A stretch of 60,960 nucleotides of DNA from an uncultured Candidatus Saccharibacteria bacterium. GTDB taxonomy: Bacteria > Patescibacteriota > Minisyncoccia > Minisyncoccales > CG1-02-41-26. The notes under the pieces were generated by a model, which had not been told where the DNA came from, did not search any database, and saw only the letters and a program-made list of their open reading frames with translations. Positions 24,966-34,532 of this stretch are shown in pieces. Position numbers and translations under genes: made by a program. Position 1 is the stretch's first letter; each line of letters opens with the position of its first letter. The stretch covers positions 1 to 60,960 of the forward strand of contig CAYGBM010000025.1 of NCBI GenBank assembly GCA_964348225.1. Direction: 5' to 3'.

Positions 24966-26578
24966 GCATTTTTTTAAAAAAGCATCTACCTCTAATATTG
25001 ATTCTCGTTTTCTATCTCAGCTTATCTTTTTATAATTTTTTTCAGCAGGGTTTAGTAAACTGGGATGAAGCTTATTTTGTTGTTGCAACCCACACTTTTT
25101 CTGATATATTCAAAACTTTCTTTACAGAACCTACTTTGCTTTTCTCCTCTGCTTATTATTCAAATTTGGCAGTAAACTACGGCAATGTTTACACAGCTGG
25201 CAGGCCCTTTTATATATTACTAGCTGGCATTATTGATACGATTTGGAGAAGCGAATATTCCACTCGGCTGCTCAGTATTTTAGCTGGATGTTTGGTGCTT
25301 TTTTTCTTTTATAAAATTCTTGCTTTCTACTCGGTTAAAAAAGAGGTAAAAATCGCTTCGTCTTTGACGCTTGCTATCTCTCCCTTGTTTTTGATTTATT
25401 CTCGTTTAGGACTTTCTCAGATTTTATCGGCTCTGTTGCTTTTAATCAGCCTATTCTATCTTTTAAAATTTAAAGAATATCCGAAAAGAAAATATTTAAT
25501 AGCCCTTGCTCTTTTTACCTCCTTTTTGCTGATGAGCCATTACAACACCTTTCTTTTAGTGGCGATCTTAGTTTTGTACAGTATTGCCTTGCTTTACCAA
25601 AAGAGAGTTAAAGCCAAAGAGTACCTTTTTTATTTTTTATTCGTTTTTATCTTGCCTTTGCTTTGGGAAATTGTTACCCAGATTGGCGTTAGGTTGGCTG
25701 GCCGTTTTAATTTTCCAACTGACAGAATATTTTCTTACAGCGGAGAAATTCTTAATCAATTCAGGATAGGGGGCAGTGCTGATGTGCCAAGTGTTTTGAA
25801 GATTGGGGGTGTGAGTTTTTTAGGGATTAGCCAGCCGTTCTATTATTTGAAATTATTGTTTTTTTCAGAAACTTTTATTATTGCGATTTTATTTATTGTT
25901 GGGCTTTTGTTTGTTTTAAGAAGAATTAAACGATCAGAATACAATATCCTTTTTGTTTTAGGACTTTGCATTTTTGCAGTATTTTCTTTATTGATTCACG
26001 CGAAATATCCCAGAAATATTATTGCGGGATTGCCCCTTATTTATCTGCTGACAGCTTTTGGGATGGAGAAGATAAGCAGATTATTATTTAAAGAAAAGCG
26101 AAGAAAAAGAATCCTGCTTTTGGCTTTATTCTTTGTTGTTGTTTTGGGGTTAAACCTCAATAGCTATTTTGATATTTTCAACCTAAAAACTAATTTCCGT
26201 CAAGCTGCTGATTTCCTGAGCACTACCTATCAGGGTGAGGAAATTCGGATTTTTTGCTCCTCTGCCCCTATTTGGCGGGTTTATTTAGAAGGTTATAGAA
26301 TTGAGCCCATAACGACATTTTCTCTTGAAGATGGTTTATATCAGGCTAAAATTAAAACAATAGTAATTGAAGACTATTTCACAGAGGTAGAAGGTCAGGG
26401 GACATATTTCAAAGACCATTCCAAAGAGTTGTTAAAAAGCTACAAAACCAATATCTTTAATGTTGAGCCTATTGTTTTAGACTTTACTTACAGAGAAAAG
26501 GATTTTATGGAAAGTTTATTTGAGAAAAATACGCCTGAAAGCAAAATAAATATTTATGAGATAACAGGAAATCTATGA
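24950..26578 (+). CDS. GT-C (ArnT/PMT-like) membrane glycosyltransferase
   Basis: Polytopic membrane protein with an NWDEAYF first-loop motif. The ATG is at 24950. Confidence 0.6.
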   Translation: MQKSLSIFLKKHLPLILILVFYLSLSFYNFFQQGLVNWDEAYFVVATHTFSDIFKTFFTEPTLLFSSAYYSNLAVNYGNVYTAGRPFYILLAGIIDTIWRSEYSTRLLSILAGCLVLFFFYKILAFYSVKKEVKIASSLTLAISPLFLIYSRLGLSQILSALLLLISLFYLLKFKEYPKRKYLIALALFTSFLLMSHYNTFLLVAILVLYSIALLYQKRVKAKEYLFYFLFVFILPLLWEIVTQIGVRLAGRFNFPTDRIFSYSGEILNQFRIGGSADVPSVLKIGGVSFLGISQPFYYLKLLFFSETFIIAILFIVGLLFVLRRIKRSEYNILFVLGLCIFAVFSLLIHAKYPRNIIAGLPLIYLLTAFGMEKISRLLFKEKRRKRILLLALFFVVVLGLNLNSYFDIFNLKTNFRQAADFLSTTYQGEEIRIFCSSAPIWRVYLEGYRIEPITTFSLEDGLYQAKIKTIVIEDYFTEVEGQGTYFKDHSKELLKSYKTNIFNVEPIVLDFTYREKDFMESLFEKNTPESKINIYEITGNL

Positions 26579-27276
26579 AGCTTTCAATTATTGTGCCTGT
26601 TTACAATGAGAAAGATACGATTTTAGAAGTTCTAAAGAGAATTGAACGTGTTGAGTTGCCCAGCATTGAAAAAGAAATTGTCATTGTTGATGATGGCTCT
26701 TCTGATGGAACGAGAGAAATTTTGTTAAGGCTTCAGAATCAATACAAAGTGATTTTCCAAGACAAGAATTATGGAAAGGGGCTTGCTGTTCGTGAGGGGT
26801 TGAAGCTGGCAAGCGGGGAGATTATCCTAATCCAAGACGCTGATTTGGAATACGACCCAAGAGATTATCCAAAGTTGTTAAAACCTATTTTAGCAAGACA
26901 AGCCAATGTTGTTTATGGTTCTCGAATTTTAGGCGAAAAACTTGATGCTGACAAGGGAAGAGCGGGTTGGATTTACTATTTAGGAGGAAGATTTTTGAGC
27001 TTTCTAACCAATCTTTTGTATGGCACAAAAATTACTGATGAACCAACCGGCTATAAAGTTTTTAAGGCCGAAGTTATAAAAAACCTAGCTCTTAAATGTC
27101 AAAGGTTTGAATTTTGTCCTGAGGTTACAGCAAAAATAGCCAAAAAGAAAATTAAAATATTTGAGGTGCCAATAAGCTATCACCCCCGCCACAAAAAACA
27201 AGGCAAGAAAATAAACTTTAAAGATGCCTTAGTGGCAATTTGGACATTGATTAAATATCGCTTTTTAAAACAATGA
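26575..27276 (+). CDS. GT2 polyprenol-phosphate glycosyltransferase-like enzyme
   Basis: LSIIVPVYNE, DDGSSDGT and QDADLEYDP. An ATGA overlap joins it to the upstream gene. Confidence 0.85.
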   Translation: MKLSIIVPVYNEKDTILEVLKRIERVELPSIEKEIVIVDDGSSDGTREILLRLQNQYKVIFQDKNYGKGLAVREGLKLASGEIILIQDADLEYDPRDYPKLLKPILARQANVVYGSRILGEKLDADKGRAGWIYYLGGRFLSFLTNLLYGTKITDEPTGYKVFKAEVIKNLALKCQRFEFCPEVTAKIAKKKIKIFEVPISYHPRHKKQGKKINFKDALVAIWTLIKYRFLKQ

Positions 27277-28589
27277 AGGGGTTTTTTAAAACCAATAAAG
27301 TCTTAATTATCGTTCTCCTCTTAGCCTTAGTTATAAGGCTTGTTTATCTTTTTGTTTTCCAGCCCCCCTTGATTTGGGTTGATTCATCTGACTATGACCA
27401 GTTGGCTTTAAATTTAGCCAATGGTTATGGATATAGCAGCCAGTCTGGAATACCTTATGCTTTCCGAGAGCCTGGTTATTCTTTATTTTTTCTAGCCCCC
27501 TTGTATTTTGTTTTTGGGCACAGTATCTTAGTTGTTCAGCTTTTTCAGATATTTTTGAGTTTAGGTATTGCTCTTTTGATTTTTTATTTGGCTAAAAAAT
27601 ATTTTTCAAAGAAGATAGCTCTTCTGTCTGTTGCTTTTTTTGCTTTTTACCCACCTTTTATTGCTTACTCAGCTGAGGTCTTAACCGAAATCCCAGCGAT
27701 TTTTCTGTTGATTTTGGGTGTTTTTTTGATTATCCAAAGCCTTAAAAAGAAATCCCTTAAGTTTTCTGTTTTAACCGGAATAGTATTGGGGATGCTGGCT
27801 TTGACTCGTTTTGTTTTTGTGTTTTTGCCGCTTTTTTTGCTAGCGATGTCTTTGATTTTGCGTAATTGGCGTGGGTATGCCAAGCATTTTGCAGTTGCTT
27901 TTGTTTTGTCTATCTTGGTGCTTTTTCCTTGGTTTCTGAGGAATTATTTAGCCTTTGATGCTTTTGTTTTTGGCAGGATTGGCAGTGGCAGGATGTTGTG
28001 GGCTGGCAGTTATATTCCCTGGCAAGGAGAACACAAATTTCACATTTACACTTGGCCAAACCAATTAATGAGAGGGTTGAGCCCTATTGAAACTGACAGG
28101 GAATTTAGCCGACTGGCTGTTGAAAACATTAAAAAAGAACCCTTTGGAACTCTTATGGTTTGGATGAGGAAACCAGCTAGATTATTTTTGAAAAGTGAAT
28201 TTGATGAAGTAATAACAAGAGAAAACAGCCTTGCTGCCTTTTTCCAGCAGCAGTCTTTTTTAAGCCCCCGATTAGTCAGAGGGGTGATGGGAGGGATAAA
28301 TGTTCTTATTTTGTTATTCGGTTTGTTGGGTGTTTTTCCTGCTCTGAAAAAGAACCGTTTTGCTGCTACCTTGTTTTTCATTCTTATATTCTATCTTTTT
28401 ATTTTTTATCTCCCTGCTATTCCAGACGCTCGTTACAAACTACCTATCGTGCCATATCTAATGATTTTTTCCTCCACAGGACTTTGTTATTTATTCAGTC
28501 GCATTGGAGATAGGAAAGCGAGTTTTTTTGAAAAGAAAGAGGAAGAGAGAGCAAGAAACAATGTAAGATCTTTAGGGAATTATCTGTAA
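27273..28589 (+). CDS. GT-C (ArnT/PMT-like) membrane glycosyltransferase
   Basis: Polytopic membrane protein with VDSSDYDQLALNLANGYGY loop 1. An ATGA overlap joins it to the upstream gene. Confidence 0.65.
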   Translation: MKGFFKTNKVLIIVLLLALVIRLVYLFVFQPPLIWVDSSDYDQLALNLANGYGYSSQSGIPYAFREPGYSLFFLAPLYFVFGHSILVVQLFQIFLSLGIALLIFYLAKKYFSKKIALLSVAFFAFYPPFIAYSAEVLTEIPAIFLLILGVFLIIQSLKKKSLKFSVLTGIVLGMLALTRFVFVFLPLFLLAMSLILRNWRGYAKHFAVAFVLSILVLFPWFLRNYLAFDAFVFGRIGSGRMLWAGSYIPWQGEHKFHIYTWPNQLMRGLSPIETDREFSRLAVENIKKEPFGTLMVWMRKPARLFLKSEFDEVITRENSLAAFFQQQSFLSPRLVRGVMGGINVLILLFGLLGVFPALKKNRFAATLFFILIFYLFIFYLPAIPDARYKLPIVPYLMIFSSTGLCYLFSRIGDRKASFFEKKEEERARNNVRSLGNYL

Positions 28590-28616
28590 AAGAAGATATG
28601 TCTTCTTGTTTTTTTT
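28590..28616 (+). terminator. Intrinsic terminator
   Basis: AAGAAGA-tatg-TCTTCTT stem followed by GTTTTTTTT. Confidence 0.7.
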
Positions 28617-28657
28617 CGCAAAAAATGTTATGAATTATTTATTATGTCACTTGTGTT

Positions 28658-30355
28658 ATGATTAGGCCTCATGGAGATAAATTGGTAAATAGAGCCTTGT
28701 CTCTTTCAGGAAAAGAAGGAGTTTTAAACAGGCTGGACAGTTTCAAAAAGATATTCTTAAACGAGGAAGAAGCAAAGGATGTAAAAAACATAGCTCATGG
28801 CGTTTTTTCACCCCTAAGAGGGTTTCTAAGAAAGGAAGATTTTGAGAGAGTGCTTTCTGAGATGAGGTTGGCTGACGGTATGGTTTGGCCAATCCCTATT
28901 GTCTTGGATGTTGAAGATGAAGAGTATGAGCACATAAAGAATTCAAGCGAGATTATCCTTTTTGGTGCGAAAAAAACCCCTGTTGCTGTTTTAACTGATA
29001 TCCAGATTTATTCTTTTGATAAAGACCTTTTTGCTGGAAGTGTTTTTGGCACGAAAGACAGGAGTCATCCCGGAGTGGCTGACGTTTATAAAATGGGAAA
29101 TTATTTAGTGGGTGGGGAGATTGGACTTCTTGAAGGCTCAAGAGAACCTTTCCCAAATTATAATTTTATTCCTCAGGAAACAAGACAGATGTTTAAAGAA
29201 AGAGGATGGAACAGGATAGTTGCTTTTCAAACAAGGAATGTTCCTCATCGAGGGCACGAATTTTTACAAAAAAGAGCTCTTGAAGAAACAGATGGTTTGT
29301 TCGTGCAGCCGGTAGTAGGGGAGAAGAAATTAGCAGATTTTAAAGATGAATATATTTTAGCAACCTACGAGACTTTAATTGACAGGTATTATCCAAGAAA
29401 TAAGGTATTTTTAGGGGTTCTTCCCTTAAAGATGCGATACGCGGGGCCAAGGGAGGCGGTTTTACACGCTTTAATAAGGAAAAATTTTGGCTGCACTCAT
29501 TTTATTGTAGGCAGGGATCATGCAGGGGTTGGCAGCTATTATCCTGCTTTCGCCGCCCAGGAAATATTTGACAACTTCTCAAAAGAAGAAATCGGCATTG
29601 AAATTCTTAAATTCTCAGAAGTGGTTTATTGTCCTAGTTGCCAGAAGCACATTTTTTTGGGAGAATGCCAGCACAAGCACATAATTTCTTTTAGCGGCAC
29701 AAGATTCAGAAAAAACTTAGAAGAAAAAGAGGACCCCCCTCCTTATATTGTGCGGCCAGAAGTTTATAATCTACTTTCTCAAAGTTATAACTCCTTAGTT
29801 GACAATATTTATAAGAACCCAAAAAACAAAAAACAAAAAGGTTTCGTCGTTTGGATTACCGGTCTTTCCAAGTCAGGAAAAACCACAATAGGTGATAAGG
29901 TCTTTGAGGTTCTCAAACAAAGAGGCATTAAAACAGAACGTTTAGATGGCGACATTATCCGTCAGAACCTAAGCCGAGACCTTGGATTTTCCAAGGAAGA
30001 TAGAGACGAAAATATAAGACGGATTGGCTTTATCTCTAGTTTGTTAAGTAGAAACGATATAGGGGTGGTTGCTTCATTTATTTCACCTTACAGAGAAGAA
30101 AGAAGAGGGGTAAAAGAAAGGGTTAAAAATTTTATTGAAGTATTTTGCAACTGCCCCTTAGAAGTATGTGAGAACAGGGACGAAAAGGGGCTTTACCGCA
30201 AAGCAAGACAAGGAGAAATTCAGAACTTCACCGGAATTTCTGACCCCTATGAGTTTCCTGAAGAGCCTGAGGTTGAATTAAAAACCGATATAGAATCAGT
30301 TGAAGAAAGCGTCAAAAAGGTAATTCAATACCTGGAAAGGAATAATTTTGTATAA
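28658..30355 (+). CDS. Bifunctional sulfate adenylyltransferase / adenylylsulfate kinase (PAPS synthase)
   Basis: Sulfurylase motifs QTRNVPHRGHE and GRDHAG. The C-terminal APS kinase P-loop is ITGLSKSGKTT. Confidence 0.9.
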   Translation: MIRPHGDKLVNRALSLSGKEGVLNRLDSFKKIFLNEEEAKDVKNIAHGVFSPLRGFLRKEDFERVLSEMRLADGMVWPIPIVLDVEDEEYEHIKNSSEIILFGAKKTPVAVLTDIQIYSFDKDLFAGSVFGTKDRSHPGVADVYKMGNYLVGGEIGLLEGSREPFPNYNFIPQETRQMFKERGWNRIVAFQTRNVPHRGHEFLQKRALEETDGLFVQPVVGEKKLADFKDEYILATYETLIDRYYPRNKVFLGVLPLKMRYAGPREAVLHALIRKNFGCTHFIVGRDHAGVGSYYPAFAAQEIFDNFSKEEIGIEILKFSEVVYCPSCQKHIFLGECQHKHIISFSGTRFRKNLEEKEDPPPYIVRPEVYNLLSQSYNSLVDNIYKNPKNKKQKGFVVWITGLSKSGKTTIGDKVFEVLKQRGIKTERLDGDIIRQNLSRDLGFSKEDRDENIRRIGFISSLLSRNDIGVVASFISPYREERRGVKERVKNFIEVFCNCPLEVCENRDEKGLYRKARQGEIQNFTGISDPYEFPEEPEVELKTDIESVEESVKKVIQYLERNNFV

Positions 30356-30374
30356 GCGCTAAATATAAAAGATT

Positions 30375-31193
30375 ATGTTCAAAGGAGAACTTAGAGATGT
30401 TCTTGGTTTAGCTAAAAAGGCAGGAGAAGAGACTTTAAAGGTTTATAAAAACGAGGTTAAGGGCTTTCAGAAAGAAGATAGGTCACCGGTAACCAAAGCC
30501 GATCTTGTTTCCCAGAGAATTATTTTGGATGGTTTGAAAAAATACAGCTATGGTGTTCTTGCTGAAGAAGCCGAAGATAGTCTTTTGCGATTGCAAAAGG
30601 AAAGGGTCTGGATGATTGACCCATTGGACGGAACCAAGGATTTTTTAGCGAAAACCGGAGAATTTTCCATCATGGTTGGATTAGCCCATCGCGGAAAGCC
30701 GGTTTTGGGCGTGGTTTACCAGCCTCTCGGAGATAAAATTTACTTTGCAGTAAAAGGAGAGGGAGCTTTTGTAAAAGAAAGCGGCAAACCCTCGAAGAAA
30801 TTAACTGTTTCTAATGTTGCCAATTTCTCTGATGCTCGCTTCCTTCTTAGTAGATTTCATTTTGGTGAATCAGAAAAGGAATTTACAGAGAAGAACAAAA
30901 TAAAAAATATTCTTCAAATAGGTAGCTTGGGCTTGAAGGCAGGAATGATTGCTAAAGGAAAAGCTGAGGCAATGTTTAATTTTAGCGATAAAACAAAGCA
31001 GTGGGATACGTGTGCTGCAGAAGTGATTCTTAGAGAAGCGGGCGGGGAAATTACAGACTCAAGAGGAGAGAAATTTGTTTATAATCGCAAAGAAGTGAGA
31101 AATCTCAATGGGGTTGTAGCAACTAATGGAAAAATCCACCAGCAGATAATTAGAAGAGTAAGTTACTTGTATCGGAATTTCAATAACAATTGA
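30375..31193 (+). CDS. cysQ: 3'(2'),5'-bisphosphate nucleotidase (inositol-monophosphatase family)
   Basis: EEAED, WMIDPLDGTKDF and WDTCAAEVILREAGG. It is adjacent to the PAPS synthase gene. Confidence 0.8.
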   Translation: MFKGELRDVLGLAKKAGEETLKVYKNEVKGFQKEDRSPVTKADLVSQRIILDGLKKYSYGVLAEEAEDSLLRLQKERVWMIDPLDGTKDFLAKTGEFSIMVGLAHRGKPVLGVVYQPLGDKIYFAVKGEGAFVKESGKPSKKLTVSNVANFSDARFLLSRFHFGESEKEFTEKNKIKNILQIGSLGLKAGMIAKGKAEAMFNFSDKTKQWDTCAAEVILREAGGEITDSRGEKFVYNRKEVRNLNGVVATNGKIHQQIIRRVSYLYRNFNNN

Positions 31194-31383
31194 AATTCCG
31201 ATACATCAAGGAGGGGTCGGGAGGAAAGAATTTCCTCCCGTATCGGAAAACAGCGAGCCCGCCAGCGAGACGTTAGAAACCGAGGGTTTCTAAAGAACAT
31301 AGCTCGCGAGCGGAGCGAGCGAGTATGTTCTCTGTCCTACAAAAACAATAGGCCTGTTGGTCTGTCGGTATCAGATACCGACA
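31169..31383 (+). other. Cluster of five strong hairpins in the cysQ-wzx spacer
   Basis: Stems at 31169-31204 (16 bp), 31218-31240 (10 bp), 31273-31293 (9 bp), 31294-31331 (8+6 bp) and 31363-31383 (9 bp). None has a T-run. Confidence 0.7.
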
Positions 31384-31390
31384 AACTTTT

Positions 31391-32887
31391 ATGGTTAAAA
31401 AATATCTTAAAAAGTATGTCTTTCCGATTATCTTCCGTCCTCAAGAGATATTTTTCAAAAACCTAGGATTAAAACAAACCATTCTTAAGAATACATCTTG
31501 GTTGGCAATTTCTGAAATTATTACCAGTGTTTTGAAGTTCTTTTTATTTGTTTATATTGCTCGCATCTTAGGGGCTACTGGTTATGGTAAGTTTGGGTTC
31601 TCGCTGGCTTTTGTTGGTTTGTTTAGTATATTGGCTGATTTGGGTGTGACTAAAATTATTAATCGTGAATTTGCTAAAGACAAAGAAAAAGAAAGGGATT
31701 TCCCTGCCATTCTTTCTTTAAAGCTTCTTTTAAGCTTATTAACAATATTTTTAATTTTTGTTTTCTCTTTTTTCGTTACTCAAGAACCAGCTATTAGAAA
31801 GATTATTTGGGTGCTTGGGATTTTTGTTTTAAGTGAATATTTTTTAAAGACATTCGCTGTGTTTTTTCGCAGCCGGCAGCGGATGGAATATCAGGCTTTT
31901 TCAGATATTTTCAAAGTGATACTGATTACCGGCCTTGGGCTTCTTGTTCTTTTTTTTGTTCCTTCCCTTAAAAACCTAACCTTAAGCTACCTTTTTGCCG
32001 GTTTGTTTTCCTTGATGCTCGTGGCTGCTATTTTCCATTTCAAGGTTTTTTCTCTTAAGCCTGTTTTTGACAAATCAATCTGGCTTAATTATTTAACAAT
32101 GTCTTGGCCCTTAGTTTTTATGGCGGTTTTGGGCAAGATTTACGTTAATATCGATTCCATTACAATGGGTTATCTGGGTCAGATTACCCAAACAGGTTGG
32201 TACAATGCCGCCCAAAGGATTTCTGTAATAGCAGTAGTGCCAGCAGGTCTTGTTTCAATGAGCTTTTTCCCTGCCCTCAGCAAACTTTTCAAAGAGTCAA
32301 AGGAGAGATTCCAAAGGGCCTGCAATTTTTTTATTGAAAGTATGATTTTCTTAGCAGCCCCGCTTTTGGTAGGGGGAATAGTGTTAGCCGTTAAAATAAT
32401 AGATTTTATTTACGACCCCAGCTTTTTCCCTGCCATCCTTGCTTTTCAGATTTTACTTGCTGGTCATGTGGTTCAATTTTTAGCCAGCCCTTTTAGCCAT
32501 ACATTGTTAATTGCCAACCATCAAAAGAAACTTTTTTTCATTGCGCTTTTCTCTACGCTCTTAAACGTGGTTTTAAATCTAATTCTTATTCCTAAATACT
32601 CTCTTTACGGCGCTGCCATTGCCACCTTTTCTGCTTTTATGTTGAATCTTTTTTTGGTTATCATTATTAGCCTAAGGTATACTAAAATCAAACCTTTTAA
32701 TTCCGGTTTGATTCCTCCTCTTTTCGCTGCTGTGTTTTCTGCCCTCTTAATGGGTTTTGTTATTTCTCAAGTCAAGATTCTCAATCTCCATGTTATTTAC
32801 AGCATCCTGATTGGTGCTTGCATTTATGTTAGTTGCTTTTTAATCTTTAAAATCTTAGGAAAGCGTGTTATGCTAAAAAAGCCTTAA
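31391..32887 (+). CDS. wzx: Wzx-like oligosaccharide flippase (MOP/PST family)
   Basis: 498 aa with about 12-14 TM segments and the typical polysaccharide-biosynthesis-protein architecture. Confidence 0.75.
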   Translation: MVKKYLKKYVFPIIFRPQEIFFKNLGLKQTILKNTSWLAISEIITSVLKFFLFVYIARILGATGYGKFGFSLAFVGLFSILADLGVTKIINREFAKDKEKERDFPAILSLKLLLSLLTIFLIFVFSFFVTQEPAIRKIIWVLGIFVLSEYFLKTFAVFFRSRQRMEYQAFSDIFKVILITGLGLLVLFFVPSLKNLTLSYLFAGLFSLMLVAAIFHFKVFSLKPVFDKSIWLNYLTMSWPLVFMAVLGKIYVNIDSITMGYLGQITQTGWYNAAQRISVIAVVPAGLVSMSFFPALSKLFKESKERFQRACNFFIESMIFLAAPLLVGGIVLAVKIIDFIYDPSFFPAILAFQILLAGHVVQFLASPFSHTLLIANHQKKLFFIALFSTLLNVVLNLILIPKYSLYGAAIATFSAFMLNLFLVIIISLRYTKIKPFNSGLIPPLFAAVFSALLMGFVISQVKILNLHVIYSILIGACIYVSCFLIFKILGKRVMLKKP

Positions 32888-32917
32888 TTATAAGCAAAAC
32901 TTCTTTTTCTGAGAACT

Positions 32918-34528
32918 GTGCTCAAGGTCTTTTCTGAAAATATAAACTTTTTTTTAGACTTGATAAGAATTATCACCAGTGAGATATTTGGCTTTTTGCG
33001 TTTTTTTGGATTTAAGAACCCCAACTTAAAAAGATTGTTTAAGCTGGAAGAAAGAGCAGAAGCAAAGAGATTATTGATTGTTAGTTTAACGAATACAAAC
33101 TTCAGCATAAATATAGAGTCTTTATTTGCTAAATATTTTAACCTAGAAGGATATAAGGTTTTTTTTCTGACAAATTTCAAATACAAGAAAGCGGTAAAGA
33201 CATTTCGGGCGATAGAGGGAAAGACTATTTATCATCATTTTATTTATCTTAAAAAAGGAATTAAATCCCTATTTAAAAGATTGCCGGTGGTTAGCGACCC
33301 TCAAGGTGTTAAAAATTTTTGCTACAAAAATATAAATATCGGAATTGGAGTTTACAGCACCTTATCCAGAAAATTAAGATTGGGAAAACTTGACTTTTCT
33401 GATAAAAAAACAAAAAGGTTAGCAAATAGATATCTACGAAGGTCAGCTGTTTATCTGGAAGCAGCAAAAGAGATACTTGGCAGAACAAAACCTGACTTAA
33501 TTTTAGCTTTGGAAAAAGGATACATGGGGCACAGTGAAATTTTTAATTTAGCTGTGGAGCAAGGCATTGACTTTATTCAATGGTGTGGCTGCCAAGAGGT
33601 AAATGCCCTAATATTTAAAAGATATAATAAGCAAAATAAGAGAGAGCCCCCATTTTCGGTTTCTTCAAAAACCTGGAATAGATTTTTGAGCCTTCCTTGG
33701 AATGAGAAATATCGAAAAGAGGTGTACGAAGCTTTTGACAGGGGATACTTAAAACAAGATTGGTTTTGGTATAAGGATCTGTCGGGAATCTCCAAGTTTA
33801 TCAGCAAAGAAGAACTCATTAAAAAATATAATCTCAATCCTGAAAAGAAGATAGCGATTTTATTCTCTCATGTACTCTGGGATGCAAATTTATTTTATGG
33901 TAAAGATTTATTTGAGCAGGGCTTTGAAGAATGGTTAATTGAGAGCATCAAAGTGATGGTAAAGAATAAGAATATTAATTGGTTGATTAAAATCCACCAG
34001 GCTAATAAAATAAAGTTTTTTTTAGAAAAGACGAAAGATGAGTATCGAGAAAATAAGGCAATAAAAGAAAATTTTGGAGAAATTCCAGAAAATATAAAAA
34101 TTATTTATCCAGAAGATGAGATAAATCCTTATTCTTTGTTCAAAATAATCGATTATGGTATTACGGTTAGAGGTACTATCGGGACCGAATTGCCTTGTTT
34201 GGGATTGCCGGTGTTGACTGCTGGCACAGGTCGTTATTCAGGCAGGGGGTTTACCATCGATTCTTCTCAGAAATCAGAATACCTGGAAAAATTGGCTCAT
34301 TTAGAAGATTTTCCAAAACTGAAAGAAGAGCAAATAAGATTAGCTATATTGCACACTTATATTCTTTTTAAATTAAGGCCTTTAAAGTTTTCAAGCTTTG
34401 AAGACAAGCGCTCGAGCAAAGGCAACGATATTGGCATAAACATTGAAAGCCCAGAACAAGGAGAAGATTTTCTGAGGTTTGTTAATTGGGCAAGTAAAAC
34501 AAAAGAAGAAGATTTTTTAATAACTTAA
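32918..34528 (+). CDS. Putative capsule-type glycosyltransferase (KpsS/KpsC-like?); candidate nonulosonic-acid transferase
   Basis: Weak resemblance to capsule polysaccharide biosynthesis proteins, plus its position next to neuC. It has a non-ATG start. The assignment is tentative. Confidence 0.3.
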   Translation: MLKVFSENINFFLDLIRIITSEIFGFLRFFGFKNPNLKRLFKLEERAEAKRLLIVSLTNTNFSINIESLFAKYFNLEGYKVFFLTNFKYKKAVKTFRAIEGKTIYHHFIYLKKGIKSLFKRLPVVSDPQGVKNFCYKNINIGIGVYSTLSRKLRLGKLDFSDKKTKRLANRYLRRSAVYLEAAKEILGRTKPDLILALEKGYMGHSEIFNLAVEQGIDFIQWCGCQEVNALIFKRYNKQNKREPPFSVSSKTWNRFLSLPWNEKYRKEVYEAFDRGYLKQDWFWYKDLSGISKFISKEELIKKYNLNPEKKIAILFSHVLWDANLFYGKDLFEQGFEEWLIESIKVMVKNKNINWLIKIHQANKIKFFLEKTKDEYRENKAIKENFGEIPENIKIIYPEDEINPYSLFKIIDYGITVRGTIGTELPCLGLPVLTAGTGRYSGRGFTIDSSQKSEYLEKLAHLEDFPKLKEEQIRLAILHTYILFKLRPLKFSSFEDKRSSKGNDIGINIESPEQGEDFLRFVNWASKTKEEDFLIT

Positions 34529-34532
34529 AAAT

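Noticed and set aside
31191-31193. Possible alternative genetic code with UGA recoding, as seen in some candidate phyla
   Set aside because: TGA terminates well-delimited genes at the expected protein ends (cysQ here, plus the ATGA overlaps at 17090-17093, 26575-26578 and 27273-27276). No recognised gene needs read-through of an in-frame TGA.
32884-33186. Minus-strand ORF 32884-33186 overlapping the wzx end and the start of the next gene
   Set aside because: It has low-complexity Lys/Phe-rich translation, is antisense to a co-directional operon, and has no motifs.
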